From positions 96,412,001 through 96,476,000 of the forward strand of contig NC_058368.1 of the NCBI RefSeq assembly GCF_018350175.1: DNA of 64,000 nucleotides. Direction: 5' to 3'. This DNA is from Felis catus. Taxonomy: Eukaryota. Made by a program: the position numbers and the translations under genes. The notes beneath the pieces were generated by a model. That model saw only the letters and a program-made list of their open reading frames with translations, searched no databases and had not been told where the DNA came from. Below are positions 1-13,234 of this stretch, piece after piece (positions within the stretch are counted from its first letter, which is position 1; each line of letters starts with the position of its first letter).

Positions 1-989
1 TATAGAAAGTTAACAGACCTTATTCTTAATATATAAGGAATATGTAAAATTTTAATTTTCTCCTTTTTAAAATTTTCTACTTTCAATAGTAAGAAGGCAT
101 AACTTCTAAAACTCTTTCTTTTTAACCTTTCCAACTAGCAACATATTAATATATGTAGCTATTAAAAGCCAGAGTTAAAGCCTAGAGATATCTGAGTCAG
201 ACTATTGCTCTGTGCATTGTTTATAAGATCAGCTCCTCAATTTGTAAATCAATAAGTGTAAGCTGAGTTGTTTTGAGCTTTTCCTTGGGCTTTGCTATTG
301 CACTGGAGTATAACTAGGATTGTTTAAAAACATTGATTTAAGACCCTGAGTTTTAAGAGTAAACAAAAAATCAGTCTTACAGATTTATTTTAGCTTGCCA
401 CCTCACATTCCGAACTGGAACTATACCAATCTGAGAAAAAATAAACATACAGATTTGTCTTTTAAAGATCAGATGTCACCCCCCCCAAATAGTTAGTACT
501 TGGTAATTCTTACTGAAAATAAGAATCCTCCCATTCCTACCTCATGTTAATGAAGACAAGAAGAATGGATTCAGATCATCATAGAGGCCCAGTATATCCT
601 AGTATGTCAACAGACAGGCAAACTCCAGGAACAGACTGGGTTTAGTTCAGAAAGAGACACAAGGCAAAGGAAAATTTAATGCGACACATGCCACTATTAT
701 TCAACAAAAAAATAGTCAGGAGCTGTCTCATAGAGAATAACAGAAGGTTGTAGGTTCAAAAGAGGTATTTAGTCAAAATAAATGGCACCGTAAAGTTACC
801 AAGCAGCACTCTTAAGAGATGTTTTGCCCAAGTTCAAATGATTTTGAGCTCATTTTAAATGTGGGACAGGTTGAGGTTGGCCCAGTATGTTACAGAAAAG
901 GAGTGGGTGAAGAAAGGTGATTAAGCCCTCTGCCATTTATCATAGGAACTTTAAGAGTGAGCAGTATTTCCCATGATAGTTTAGAAAAG

Positions 990-1740
990 AAATTTGAATG
1001 GCTCCTATAGGAAGTTCATAGCCACTGAAAGGTGGGCAGGGGGAGAAGAGCTCAGAGAAGCAGAAAATGTAAATAAAAGACCCGATGTCTAAGGGGCAGA
1101 GGTGTCATTGAAGACTTTTTTATAAAGGGGAATGGCATGTTCAGGTTTGCGTTTTATAAAGATTATCTCAACTGGTATGTTGAAAATGGATTGGTCAATA
1201 TGGGAGGCAGAGGGGACAGCGGAGGAGTGGTCAGGGGATGATTGCCTGCCCTAAGGTTGGAGGAGAACAATCAGAAAGAAGTGGACAGATGGGGGTGAGT
1301 TTCATGAAGTCACAAAAGCCACCTCTGGTGGCTGATTGAACTTGGAAGATGTGACAAAGAGAGAGAAGAACCGAGCTGGAATGTTGGTTTTTCTTGGATA
1401 TTTGGGGATGTGGTCACTCACTGAGAATGAAACATCAAGTGAGAGACAGGCTGGTCACATGTGGACAAGAGGAAAATGACAGTTTCAATACGGGAAAGGT
1501 GGAGATAGCCAATAGATGGTTAGACATAAACGTATGGACCTCAACAGAGAGGTCTGGCCCAAGAGCAAGTTCTGCGATGGATATGAAGGGGATCATCTAA
1601 GAAGAGAAAAAACTCTGATGTAAAGAAAGAGGGGCTTAAGAAGGAAAAGTCGCAGAGAGCGGAGATAGACAAGAAAATGGCCGTGCCATTGAGGTTAAAG
1701 AAATATGTTAAGTATTAATGAAAAAGAGTATCGAAGAAAT
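990..1740 (-). mobile_element. L2 LINE relic
   Basis: ttttataaaggggaatggcatgttcaggtttgcgttttataaagattatctc and the following purine-rich tract resemble the antisense L2 3' region; boundaries approximate. Confidence 0.65.
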
Positions 1741-4599
1741 ACAATCATCTTTAATCCACCATCATCTATATATTATTGTAACAATAAGGGAGAAGGAAGT
1801 TTCCATTACTTTCCATCACTAACTTTTGGAAGCTTTCATTTCGTCTGAGCAATATGTTTAGTGATAATATATTAATTTAAGACAATCATACGTTTGTTTG
1901 CTTTTCAAATGGGTGGAGGTTGAGGTGGGGCGGTGGGGGGGGGGGAAGGACTGTTTTAAACCAGATATACCAAAGGATCACTTAGGAGGTGATTTCTGAA
2001 GAACTCTACCAGATGCACAGTCTAATGAATATTTCCTCCAGGAAACCCTGATGGGTCTACAGCCCCTCTGTGTGTACATCTGGCTTCATTTGCAGCCTCT
2101 TGGTCCCAACTCCAGCGTGACTGTTAACTTTAGCAATGCTGCCCATAGAGCTGATGCCTATTAAAGCCAGCCAATTACATTACTCAATTAATTGTATGAG
2201 AATATTTAACCAAGCAGAGCCTATTTATAGATTGTACTTCCTAAATAAAAGTGTCTGTCCAAAATGGGAAATTTGTTTCCAGATAATCCTTAGAGATGGC
2301 GGTTAGCATATGACCCCCTGCTATTATTTTTTTTAGGATTCACATCCTGCGTTTTCTAAATCCTTTCGAAGTCTCAAAGCAGGAAACAATAAATTCTTTG
2401 CCAAGTATTTCTTTAGCAGAATCAGCAAATCCACCTCCTCCAAATGGCAGAAGGATGCAGATCCTGGTCATGTTTTTATTATCCTGCTCTAATGAACCGA
2501 GTCCAAATTTCTAAAATGTGTGTTCTCTGTTTTAGGCTGGAGTCCCTGAGATTTGTAATCCTAAACTAGAGCCAGAGACTGTTTTCCTATCAGCAAAACA
2601 GAGGAAACCATATTTGCAAATTCTTCAAGATCTCCCAAGCCAATCTGTTACAAAAATGAAAACTATTATTATGACAAGACTTAGCCCATAATTTATTTGT
2701 TGTGCCACAGTAATCTCCTTATTTATTCTGATTGAAGGCAATCACAAGTCTGTTCAACACTTAGAGTAAGTGGAAGTAAGCCAAATCCAGTCTAAACACT
2801 GAGAGCAGAAAACACTCGCACCAGGATTATTTCAGGGTAAATGCCTGAGTGTGCAAGGTGGCCTGGAAGTAGACCTTGAGAGTGAGGACAAATTTGATTC
2901 TTATATTAGAGTCCAGAAATTGAGATTTCATCGTACCCCAAAGAAAGGTGTTTAGCTTCATCCAATGTAATGAGCAGAATCCAGCTATCACTGTCGAAGA
3001 ATGGCCTGGATCATAAAAATGCCTAAGAGACAGGAAAGTTTTTCATATTTTGCATACCTCTCTCCCATTTACTCCCACTCCTTCCCTCAAACAAGCGACC
3101 CCGCTCAGCTATGGATGAAGCTCTTCAATGGCTGTAAAGCTGGTAGTTTTTCTAATGTCAGGCTACCTAAATCAGTCTAAAATTCACATTCATGTATTTT
3201 TTTGGACTTTTTCCTTGTTCAATTCAAAGTTTATTGAATTCAACTGCTCAAACATTGTGATCTTTTTAAGGTTATTTTAGGATAACCTCTTGTGGACCTA
3301 TGTACACATCCGGAGACCAAAATAACTTTAATGGATGAAGGCTATTGAAAAACTGACCTGTTAAACCATTTCAGCTAATTATGTCTTGGTGTGAGACAAC
3401 TGTTATTATTAGTTGGGTTTGGGACAACGAAGGAACGAACACACCCCTTTTCTAACCACATCCTCACCAATGGCAATTTCTCTTTTTAGAATTCCTAAAG
3501 ATATTAGATCTTTCTTTAAAAATATTGTTCTTTAATATGAAAAGTTCTCCCTGTGCAAGAAAGATAACTCTCAGAAATTAGTCCTGGGTTACTGCCATTA
3601 CTTACTAAAGCAATGAAGAGACATAGCCAGGGAAAGTCCCTTGAATGTGTAGTGTGTCAGATAATGGAGCCATCTTGGTGGGGAGAACGTTTTAAAGAGT
3701 ATCTTTGCACTGCTTTACCTTTTGATGAGCCTGTTTGGGAGTCACACATGGACCTCCCCATAAATGCTAAAAAGGCATTTCTCTACATAAAATTATGATT
3801 GATTCTACCCTTCACAGTCAGGAGCCAAGAGAGAAGAGCAATGGATTTCAATAGCTAGAAAGTCCCCACCACAAAGACCTATATAATAAGTTTTATGTAA
3901 AGATATAAAGGATATATCTCGAGAAGATCACAATTCTTCTCTGAAACCTAAATTGCTCTTCCTTACAGATTAAATGGTTTCACTAAAATAGCTCTGTACA
4001 TAATGCTTGCACTTAACTCTCTCAATTCCCAACTGCAACGTACGTTTTCCAACTAAGGTCATTCTTGTTTATCAACCAGCACAGCTATGTTAATGATTAC
4101 ACCATTTAACCTAAGACCATTCTTTGTCTAGTACCAATGCTTGGAAGAACCTTATGACATCTCTGCATTTCAGATCAAGCTTACTCCTGAGGCTCTGACA
4201 GCTAGAGTTTGACTCTGTAAATTCTTCATCTGAGCACAGATAACAGAGGCTCCAGGCGTTTTTCTCTGGCATTCTTTGTATCCTATGGGTCACCATTACT
4301 TGAATCTGCCTTCACTTTTGACTTCCTAAGGTGGTTGCCCTGAGCACAATCCTTGACCCCTGTCTTCCTTAATCCAAGTGACTGAACTTCTGCAGGACTC
4401 TTCCCATTGCCACTGTACTCATTGGGGAAAGATCTGTCAATTCACTCCTAATGTCACTCGTTATCTGGGGGCACAAACATAAAGAACACGATTCTCGTGA
4501 GTTTACAATGTTCATGGCTGGTTAAGAGCAGCACTAATTAAAGAAATCTAAAGCTGGGTTCAATGGAACCAGATCTAAAATGAAAAAAAATAAAAAATA

Positions 4600-4631
<32 letters not shown>

Positions 4632-6813
4632 GATTCCCTAGAGATCTAGAGAATGAAGAAAGGTTTCTCAAGGTCAAGATAAAAGAAACATCAAGAAATG
4701 TGATAGGATAGTAGAAATAAAAACTACATCAAGACAGTTAAACCTGCACCAAGATTCTCAGTTGTCTGAACTCATGATTTTATAGCTCTGTTAGGGATAA
4801 AGAGAAAAAAATAATGATCGATGTATTTATGTTCAGTCTTCCCTCTCTCAATCACCTTCTTTGCTTATAGAGCCAAGTGTATTCATGAAATTCCACCGTT
4901 GAATGAAAATCGATAGCTGTTTTAAGTTTTTCAAAAATCGGTCCTTAATCCGCCATATGAAGCCCTTTTCCTTACAAAGTAGTGACCTTGTTAAGTAAAT
5001 TTTGGGCTTTCCATGCCCAAAATGGTCTCATTTTGTGACCATTCATAATTTCATTCTATTATTACTAGGACTCAGTTCCGTGCATCTTAATGTTATAATC
5101 TTGCTTTGAAGTAAACAATACTTTTTTTTTTTTGAAAAGAAAACTTTCCCTTATCTCTTTCTTTCTCCACCAACCTTCCTCCATCCCATCCACTCCCAAG
5201 TAAAGACTGAATGGGTAGGTCCTCAAGGGCCTAAAAAAGAGAGAGAGAAGGGAAAGGTTTTCTTCCACCTGGTGTTGAGGTTGGGAGCAATAGGGGAGAA
5301 AGAGCTTTCCTGTGTGACATACCAGGACTGTTTTGAACACCCTCTCTGCTCTTGGCTGCTCTTTTAGCAGGGATTATCTTTCTGTGACAGATATATAGAT
5401 GACATCTCACATCATCCTGACATAGGCTGTGTTTGTGTGTTCTTAAAAGAGCACCCCACCCCTGCCCGTACACACCACGCATGTGAAATCTGGCTTGGGT
5501 TTGACCTTCTTCCACATCCATACTTAACCTCTACCACTGGTAGGACAGACTTCTGGGATCCCACAGCAGCATTAGGATCCTGGGGTACATGGATAATAAA
5601 TAGAATAGGGTGAGGACCCTTTAGATGGTTCATGTGAACCAATTTAAAAACCATCTATTTTCTCTGTAAATGGGTAGAGGTAATAACACATCAAAATTAG
5701 ATGTTTAGAAGCTCGAAGAGACATGTGTTCATTAGTCTATTTTTGGGTGTCTACTGATTGCTGTTTTAATGCTGCCAATTGTTTCTTCTTACTGAAGATA
5801 GAGAATTAAATTCCCATTTGTTGGGCCTCTGTATCTTGTTCATGGAATAAGAAAAGCAAACAAAACCATTCTATGGACCCTGTGCTTGTGTGTAGAAAAA
5901 CACCGAGCCCATTTTAGAACACAGAGGCAGAGAAGATGAGCAGCTGAAGTGCTTTACCCAAAAAGACTCAGGAAAGTGGAAATTTGGCAAAGTGGAAATT
6001 TCTGGTAGGAGGTAGGAAAATTATGAGAATCCAGAAACCTGAGGTTTGGCACTCTCACTAGATGCCAAGAATACTGTAGGAGAAGGACAAAGATACCGTG
6101 TATGCTTTCTCTGGAGAGCCTGAAAAATCCTGCAGGAGGGAACAAGATAGTGCCCCAAAACTTCCACAGCCATGTTTGTCTGATAAATGACTTATGCTGG
6201 TTGTTTATTAAGGGGGGAAAATTGGCACAAGGCTAGCAGATTGGAAACAAATATCAACAACAAAAGTTCAAGATAATCACTTTCCCTTGATCAGCATCTA
6301 CACTGGAGTGCAAACCCCCAAAACACACACACGCGCACGCACACACACACAACACAGAAAATTTTGCAATGGTCATTTCATTGATGTAGAAGCAGAGCCA
6401 CGGTTATTTTCATTTTATAATCACACAGAGTTGCTAATAAAACCAAGCATGGTTGAACTATCATGTGGTACCATTAGATTAAGTTATCTCTAAAACAATA
6501 CTGATAATTACACTGTATATAGTGAGCCCTTGTGATCAAAAAAGATTCCAAAATCCATTACGAAAAGTCTACAAGTATATTTTTCATTACTTGACCAGCT
6601 ATGGTTTCAAAATAGTATTTTACTATATACCTTTACAATCAAATAATAAACTGACAAAGGCAGTATCACATTGGAAGATAGTACGAAATATAATCTTAAT
6701 TGTTTTGAATATTCAGATAATATTTTGTATATTCAGATAAGAAAGCATCATAAAAATTTTTGTGCAAGGCTTTTTAAACATAAGGTCTTAGTGCCTGTAT
6801 ATTCCTATTTTGC

Positions 6814-6840
6814 CTTTTTTTTTTTTTTTTTTTTTTTTTT
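6814..6840. repeat. poly-T tract
   Basis: About 27 consecutive T. Confidence 0.95.
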
Positions 6841-7937
6841 GGCTTGTGATGATCTTTAATGCAGTGGAGAAAATTCTCCTCTTGATTCCAGCTGGAGAAG
6901 CTGGTATCATTATGGAAACTTGATTTCCTATTATTATTGGAATGGTAAGTGCAAATATTGAGGGAATGTTCAATTTTGTTTTGAGACAGACCTCCCTCCC
7001 AGCCCTCTGCCATCAGCTTCAAGAAAAATGCTGTTTGAATGAAATGCTTAAGACATGCTATCTATTTCTGAAATTAGCACAAAGGGCGAATTGCAGGATT
7101 CATTTAAATCATCTGTTTCACTGCCACAGGAAAAAAGAGAACTCGGTATTATGGCTTTTCTTAAATATGGAAAGTCTACGGATAAGATTGTCAGGCTTTG
7201 CTATGTTAAGCCCCACTATCAAATCCGGATAACTCTATATGCAAATGACATGCTTATATGGGATCTTCATCTCTGATCTAATATTTTCATTTTAAAATGA
7301 GCTAGCTAGAGGTTCTCTGAATTCATTTTTCCTATCTCTTTATTCTCATTCAAATTATTATGTTAACATTGTTCTATTTATTAGAACACCTTCAGCTAAG
7401 GATATTAAAAGGCTTTGACAAGCATGAATTAAATCTCCCTTAAAAAACCAGTTGGCATAAAGCTGAGATAGAACGACAGGTGGGTCAGACAAAGAAAAAA
7501 CAATGTCGAGGTTAAATTCCCCTGCTCAAGGTCAATCAGAAAGGAAATAGTCAGTGTCTACCCGATATCCAAGAGGCTAACTCTTTGGAAATGAAGGACC
7601 CAAATGGTCAAGTGACACTATTCAGACAAATTCCTTGCAAGGCTAAACTTTGAAGCAGAACAAATAGTCTTACACAAAAGAGTTTCTGACAAAGGCAATT
7701 TCGCAAGTACATAAAATTGACTCTCTCTTAAGTACAGTTAATGAATGGGCCTCATAAGTGTGTATTTTTAGGATACTTGTTGGCACTGATCACACAAGGC
7801 TGAGAGTCCTGAGAGCGACCAGTACAATCTCTCCAGTCTTGGTATATAAGAAATTAGGAAAAAGCTAGAGCAGTCTAAGTTTGCCAAATCCATGGACCTG
7901 TCATTTTTCTTGTTATAGTGTGCCAGGTACGTCTCTG

Positions 7938-7976
<39 letters not shown>
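7938..7976. repeat. (CAA)n microsatellite
   Basis: Perfect CAA run; explains the poly-Leu ORF 7768-7998. Confidence 0.95.
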
Positions 7977-7977
<1 letters not shown>

Positions 7978-8888
7978 AAGGAGTACATGAAAGCACAATA
8001 TAGTACACCTCTACAATTTCCTTTGGTTAAACATAAAAACTTGTATAATTCAAAGTCACATCAATGCATCCAGGGAGATTCACACATTTGCATTAAGGAC
8101 TTCCTGTTAAAAATGGAAAGTACATTGCAGCATCATTTATGGATCCCTAAGTGAGAAAGTTTCACTGACTTGAATATTTTTAAATAGACATTAGATATAT
8201 GAATAATAGAAGAAAAAGTTCATCATGATCTAGAGGCAGCTATGTTCCACAGGAAAATTCCAGCCACCAAAGTGCAAAGACAAAATGAGTGGCATTTCTT
8301 GCCACACTAAATATTGACAATATGCCCTTAGAGCCTACTCGAAATTGTTTGTCGGGATGTCAAATAGAGGGCATACTGACCTTTAGAAGTAGGGCTTCAA
8401 TGGACAAGAAGGCCGGATGGGGCAAGTGTCAAGCATCAGAATGACTTTAACTTAAGAACAAACTAGCCTTGACCCCAACAAAACCCAGAGTCTAGCCAGA
8501 GGCCCATTACAAAAATATAATATAAAGATAAATAAATAAATACTATAATTATTTTATGTGTGCCTTTACGTTTCAGCAGAATGTCTATCCAGAGATAAAT
8601 AGTTAATAAGTTATGGTTTACTGACATTTGGAATACTCTGAAATATTTAAAAACATTAGACATATTGAAGCTCATGGACAAGATCTATTTTATATTGTAA
8701 ACCGTAGAACATCATTATGCCACATTCTAATTTACTGAAGGAAACACCTATGCTAAATACAAGTGTATGCTTCTATGAGAAATTAAAATTTACAGATAAA
8801 GATTCAAGTGTAAACATTACTTGCCACTATAGAGGAAAATGGGATTGAGAAGCCAAGGGAGAGTTTCAGGTTTTATTTTCCTCCATAT

Positions 8889-9437
8889 TCAAAGGTTTCA
8901 GAATGAGCCTTCCCACAACGTGCCACCCTGGCATATGGATCACTCTGAACTAAAGTCAAGCGAGGTCCAAAGGACTCAGGGAGAGCTTGTATGCCCCTTA
9001 ACTACCTGAAAGAATTGAGACAGAGGCCATGGTCCAGGAAGAGAATGGCTACCAAAGATATCTATAACGAGTATGGACTATGTATGGGGAACGGTGTCTG
9101 GGACAAAGCTCAGCTCAGTGGAGCCTGGAGACAAAATTCTTCCCTGTGTCCTATTCTCTGTGCATGGCATGGCCAACATTTGTTTACCAAATAATTGTTC
9201 TTCGCATCTTCCTTTAACTTGTATCCCTCCCCTTTGTAGTCTCAGGCATCTACCCCTTTCTCCTTAGCTCAGGATGGCATGTAAGCCTCAGTGCCTGATG
9301 GCCTGTGGGATCTCAGATTCTTAGGGGGTTCCAGGACATGCATAATTAAGTTTGTTGTCCTCTTGTTAATCTGTCTTATACCACTTTACCAGGTGAGGGA
9401 TCTAGAAGGGTAGAGGAAAAATTCTTCCTCCCTAACA
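8889..9437 (+). mobile_element. ERV1-class solo LTR (MER34-related carnivore LTR)
   Basis: Begins ..ggtttcagaatgagccttcccacaacgtgccacc, ends agaagggtagaggaaaaattcttcctccctaaCA; 4-bp flanks atat/gtat; homologous to 19147-19618. Confidence 0.8.
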
Positions 9438-9526
9438 GTATATATTATTTTAATGCTTAGAAATTGAGCATCTATTTGATCAATTTTTATGATTTTATTT
9501 GATCAATTTTTATATGACTTCAAAGC

Positions 9527-9772
9527 CAGCATAGCATCGTAGTTAAGACTAGAGGCTCTGGAGTCATATTTCCTGTGCTCAAATCCATGTTATATCTAGC
9601 TGTATAACCTTGGATAATGTACTCTTTGTGCCTGTTTATCCACAATCAAAGGTCGATAATAATGGCTCAATCTCATAGAGTTATGAGAATTAAACAATTT
9701 AGAGTAAGTTCTTTGTTTAGAACCATCCCCAATAGGTAAAAAGAAGTTAAATATATTGGCTATTATTATTAT
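9527..9772 (+). mobile_element. MIR SINE
   Basis: agcatagcatcgtagttaagactagaggctctggagtca head, MIR core and tattattatt tail. Confidence 0.8.
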
Positions 9773-9906
9773 ATTAGATGATTCTGATAATGACAGTGAT
9801 AGCAAAGAAAGCATCTGAGAAGAATCTTGTAGGTATGAAGTCAGAAACAAAATTCAAGAGGCGATTTAAGCCATGGCAACATTTAATTTTAAAAGATAGT
9901 AAGGCA

Positions 9907-10095
9907 TGGAGCCTGGGTGGTTCAGTCAGTTAAGAGTCCGGCTCTTGATTTCGGCCCAGGTCATGATCTCACAATCGTGGGATTGAGCCCCACATTGGAC
10001 TCTGTGATGAGAGCACAGAGCCTGGTTAGAAGTCTTTCTCTTCTTCTCTCTCTTCCCTTCCTCCCATCAAAATAAAGAAAGAAAGATGTTTTAAA
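9907..10095 (+). mobile_element. CAN-SINE
   Basis: gcctgggtggttcagtcagttaag head, (CT)-rich tract, A tail; degenerate TSD aaagatagtaaggca/aatgatactaaagca. Confidence 0.9.
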
Positions 10096-10211
10096 AATGA
10101 TACTAAAGCAATCAATTTGGTACTCTGAGAAACAAAGTGAATTTTATGAACTTATATAATCAGAATGTCATTAAAGTATTTAAGAAACAAATAGGACCTA
10201 TAGCACTTTCA

Positions 10212-11263
10212 GGGTCCAAGATAGCAGCATAGGAAGATCCTGCATTCACTTCCTTCCTCAGACACACAAAATATCCACTACAAAGAAAGGAATTCCTCTT
10301 GAAAAACCAGCTGACTCAACAGCTTCTGCACAACAAAGGATGGAGACACCACAGAGACAGGGAGGGGTAGGAGACATGGAGCCAAGGGAATGATTGGAAC
10401 CCCCACCCCCTACCTGCAGTAGGGAGCGACTGCCATCACTGAGGTGCCCACATACAGATTCACCTGCCTTTGGGCACGGCAGAACAGTTTAAAGGCAACT
10501 AGAGTTAAGGTAAGGAAATCTACTCAGTAACCCTAGAGCAGCTGCCAAATAACAACAGAACTGCAGAAACTTTCCAGAATCAAAGGTGCTGGCAAACACA
10601 CTATTTACATCTGCCCTCCACCTTGACAGCACAGACAGGAGCAGGATCCAGGAGGTTCTACCTGGCCTGCTAGGGCTAGACTTAACAGATACAGACAGAA
10701 TATTAAATCCAAGAACAGTCAAATACACCTTCTCTCAGATTCAAACGGAACATTCTCCAGAATAGATCACATGTTGGGCCACAAAACAATTCTCAATAAC
10801 TCTAAGAAGACTGAAATTATATCAAGCATCTTTCCTATGATATGAAACTAGTATTAATTACAAAAAGCAAACTGGACAAAACAGAAATACATGTAGGCTA
10901 AGCAACATGCTACTAAAACAAATGTGTTAATACAGAAATGAAAGAGAAAAATCATACAATACCTTCAGACAAATGAAAGGGGAAATAACATCAGATCACA
11001 ATCTTTGGGATGCCACAAAAGTAGTTCTACACAGGCCTCACTCAAGAATCAACAAAAACCTCAAACAATCTAACCCCACAACTAAGGAAACTAGAAAAAG
11101 ATGAAGAAACAAAGCATAAAGTTAGTAGGAAGAAGATAAGATCAGAGCAGAAATGAATGAAATAAAGATTTAAAAAAGTAGTAAATATCAATGAAAATAA
11201 CTGGTTCTCTGAAAAGATAAACAAAATTTAAAAACTTTTAGCCAGACTCATCAAGAAAAAAGA
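10212..11263 (+). mobile_element. Carnivore L1 fragment: 5'UTR fused to ORF2 endonuclease region
   Basis: 5'UTR-like start ccaagatagcagcataggaagatcctg; from 10679 degenerate ORF2 DLTDTDRILNPRTVKYTF..GTFSRIDHMLGHKTILNNSKKTEIISSIF; stops and frameshifts. Confidence 0.88.
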
Positions 11264-11619
11264 CAATCTTTAAGAGAAGACCTAAAGAATCTAGAACAGA
11301 GAAGAGGACAGTGTTTCAGAAGGAATCAAGGCCCAGTGACAGCTGAGGAAGTTTGGAGAAACATTTTCCAGGGATCAGAACGCCATAAACTGAAAGGTCT
11401 AGGAGACATTACCCAACTTGCAAGGTAACAAGTAATGTTGCCCTAATTTCATGGACACTGAAAGGAAACACAAGATTCCTGGGTCAGAGACACAAGATGG
11501 TTTACTCGTCACTGAAATAGTAGTAGCCAGAGAATCAGCCTTTGCACTAGTTCCTCAAGCCCTATTTCCAACAGAATGAAAAAAAAAAAAAAAAGGAACA
11601 CCTTCAAAAGCACTGGGGT

Positions 11620-12238
11620 TAAAGGGGGAATGTGATACTACTCCAAAATAAGCCTCTTCAGCACTTATTACTTTAGACTTCTTTTGAGTATAGTTGACAC
11701 ACAATGCTAGTTTCATTGTGTGCGCAATTAGTGATTCAGCATCTCTATACCTTATGTTATTTAAGTTGGTTATTTTTGAGAGACAGCAGACATAGGTGCA
11801 ACTCTCAAAACTGAGTAGAAGTTACCCTTTTGTAAGAGACTTTGACATTTTTAAGGGAAATTTCCATTGGTAAGGGTGTCTCCCTCTCTGTACCAGGAAG
11901 GATGCCTCTTAATCTCTAGGGACTCTCATCAGTGGAGAAGGCAATGACTTAAATCTGCCTAGCAACCTTACCCTGTACTGTGGTTTTCCTGGTAATCTCC
12001 CTTAACTGGCCTTCCCTTCATCCCCCAACACTTTGTCTATAGCTGGAGATGGTATTTAAGGTGGTGGCTTGGACTATTTCAGGGAATTACTCGGTTTTCC
12101 TGGGTATTTCCCATGTATACAAGAGGTATACATGTTATTAAACTGTTTCATTTCTCCTGTAATTTGCTTTTAATAACAGGGAGGGTCTCAGCCAAGGACC
12201 TCGAAGGGTTGAAGGATTATTATTTTTCCTCCTCCACA
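11620..12238 (+). mobile_element. MER34A-type ERV1 solo LTR
   Basis: gtaagggtgtctccctctctgtaccaggaag core, ends tttttcctcctccaCA; perfect 4-bp TSD GGGT (11616-11619, 12239-12242). Confidence 0.88.
11675..11757 (-). mobile_element. 5'-truncated carnivore L1 3' end inserted in MER34A
   Basis: ttttgagtatagttgacacacaatg..agtttca..gtgattcagcatctctatac resembles the antisense L1_Carn 3' terminus; absent from the MER34A copy at 20119. Confidence 0.7.
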
Positions 12239-12281
12239 GGGTACATCACAGGAGAAGATCCCTGACCTTATAAATTCATAC

Positions 12282-12323
12282 TTTTTTTTTTTTTAATTTT
12301 ATTTATTTTAAGGAGGGGGAAGG

Positions 12324-12377
<54 letters not shown>

Positions 12378-12545
12378 AAAGAGCACGATTGGAGGAAGGG
12401 CAGAGAGAGAGGAGAGAGAGAATCCCAAACAGGCTTCATGCTCAGCATGAACCTGATGTGGGGCTTGATCTCAAGACCATGTGATCATGACCTGAGCTAA
12501 AATCAGGAGTCGGACACTCAACCAACTGAGCTACCCAGGCACTCC
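12282..12545 (-). mobile_element. CAN-SINE inserted in LTR40
   Basis: T tail, (GA)n, ..actgagctacccaggcactcc; TSD aattcatacttttt/aatgcatacttttt. Confidence 0.93.
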
Positions 12546-13035
12546 TAGAATGCATACTTTTTATAATGGACAGTTATCTGTATAATCTTTGCCCCAGAGG
12601 AAGATATTATTTTTATTATAGTCAATAGAAAACAAATGACCCTTTGCTCTCGAGTTAGAAACTATCTTCTACAACTGCACCTTACATAAACGTATCTAAA
12701 AAGATATTAGAGAACAAAGGCAGGCAGTGTCTCCACTCATAAGACATGCACAAACTCAAAACACCCATGGAGATTTTTCTCCATACACAAGTATCAACTC
12801 CTGAGAGAGCCACCCTTGAGGTCTTTTATATCCATAAGAAAGACAATGACATGGAATGGGCGGGTAGTCAATCCTGGATTATCAGGAGCTGAGGATAGAA
12901 GCCATTAGCAAAAGGGAAGGCACAATCTTGTTCATAGGAGTTTCAGCCTACCAGACACAGCAAAGGAGAGTTACAACTTGCTGATGATCTCTGAGGACAC
13001 CAGGAAATAGACAGCATTTAAATTGATACTAACTT

Positions 13036-13234
13036 GGGTGCCTAAGTGGCTCAGTCGGTTATGCCCCCAACTTCAGCTGAGGTCATGATCTCGCAGTTCC
13101 TGAGTTCCAGGCCCGGGTCAGGCTCTGGAATGCTTCATATTCTATGTTTCCCTCTCTCTCTGCCCCTACCACTCCTGCCATTTGTGTTCTATCTCTTAGA
13201 AACAGTAAGTTAATAAACTTAAATTTAAAAAAAA
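13036..13234 (+). mobile_element. CAN-SINE (SINEC_Fc)
   Basis: gggtgcctaagtggctcagtcggtt head, A tail, degenerate TSD. Confidence 0.9.

Larger units (their letters stand above)
11381..12787 (-). mobile_element. LTR40-like ERVL solo LTR, interrupted by a MER34A LTR and a SINE
   Basis: Reverse-complement similarity to the intact copy at 43428-43943 (ttacccaacttgcaaggtaacaag; gattcctgggtcagagacac; acccatggagatttttctcc). Confidence 0.8.

Noticed and set aside
8097..8350. Possible ancient L1 5' end (gacttcctgttaaaaatgg)
   Set aside because: Similarity limited to a short motif; could not extend it reliably by eye
9473..9513. 18-bp direct repeat tatttgatcaatttttat (similar short pairs near 6709, 23426, 27553)
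   Set aside because: Only two copies each; ordinary slippage duplications, not an array or CRISPR-like structure
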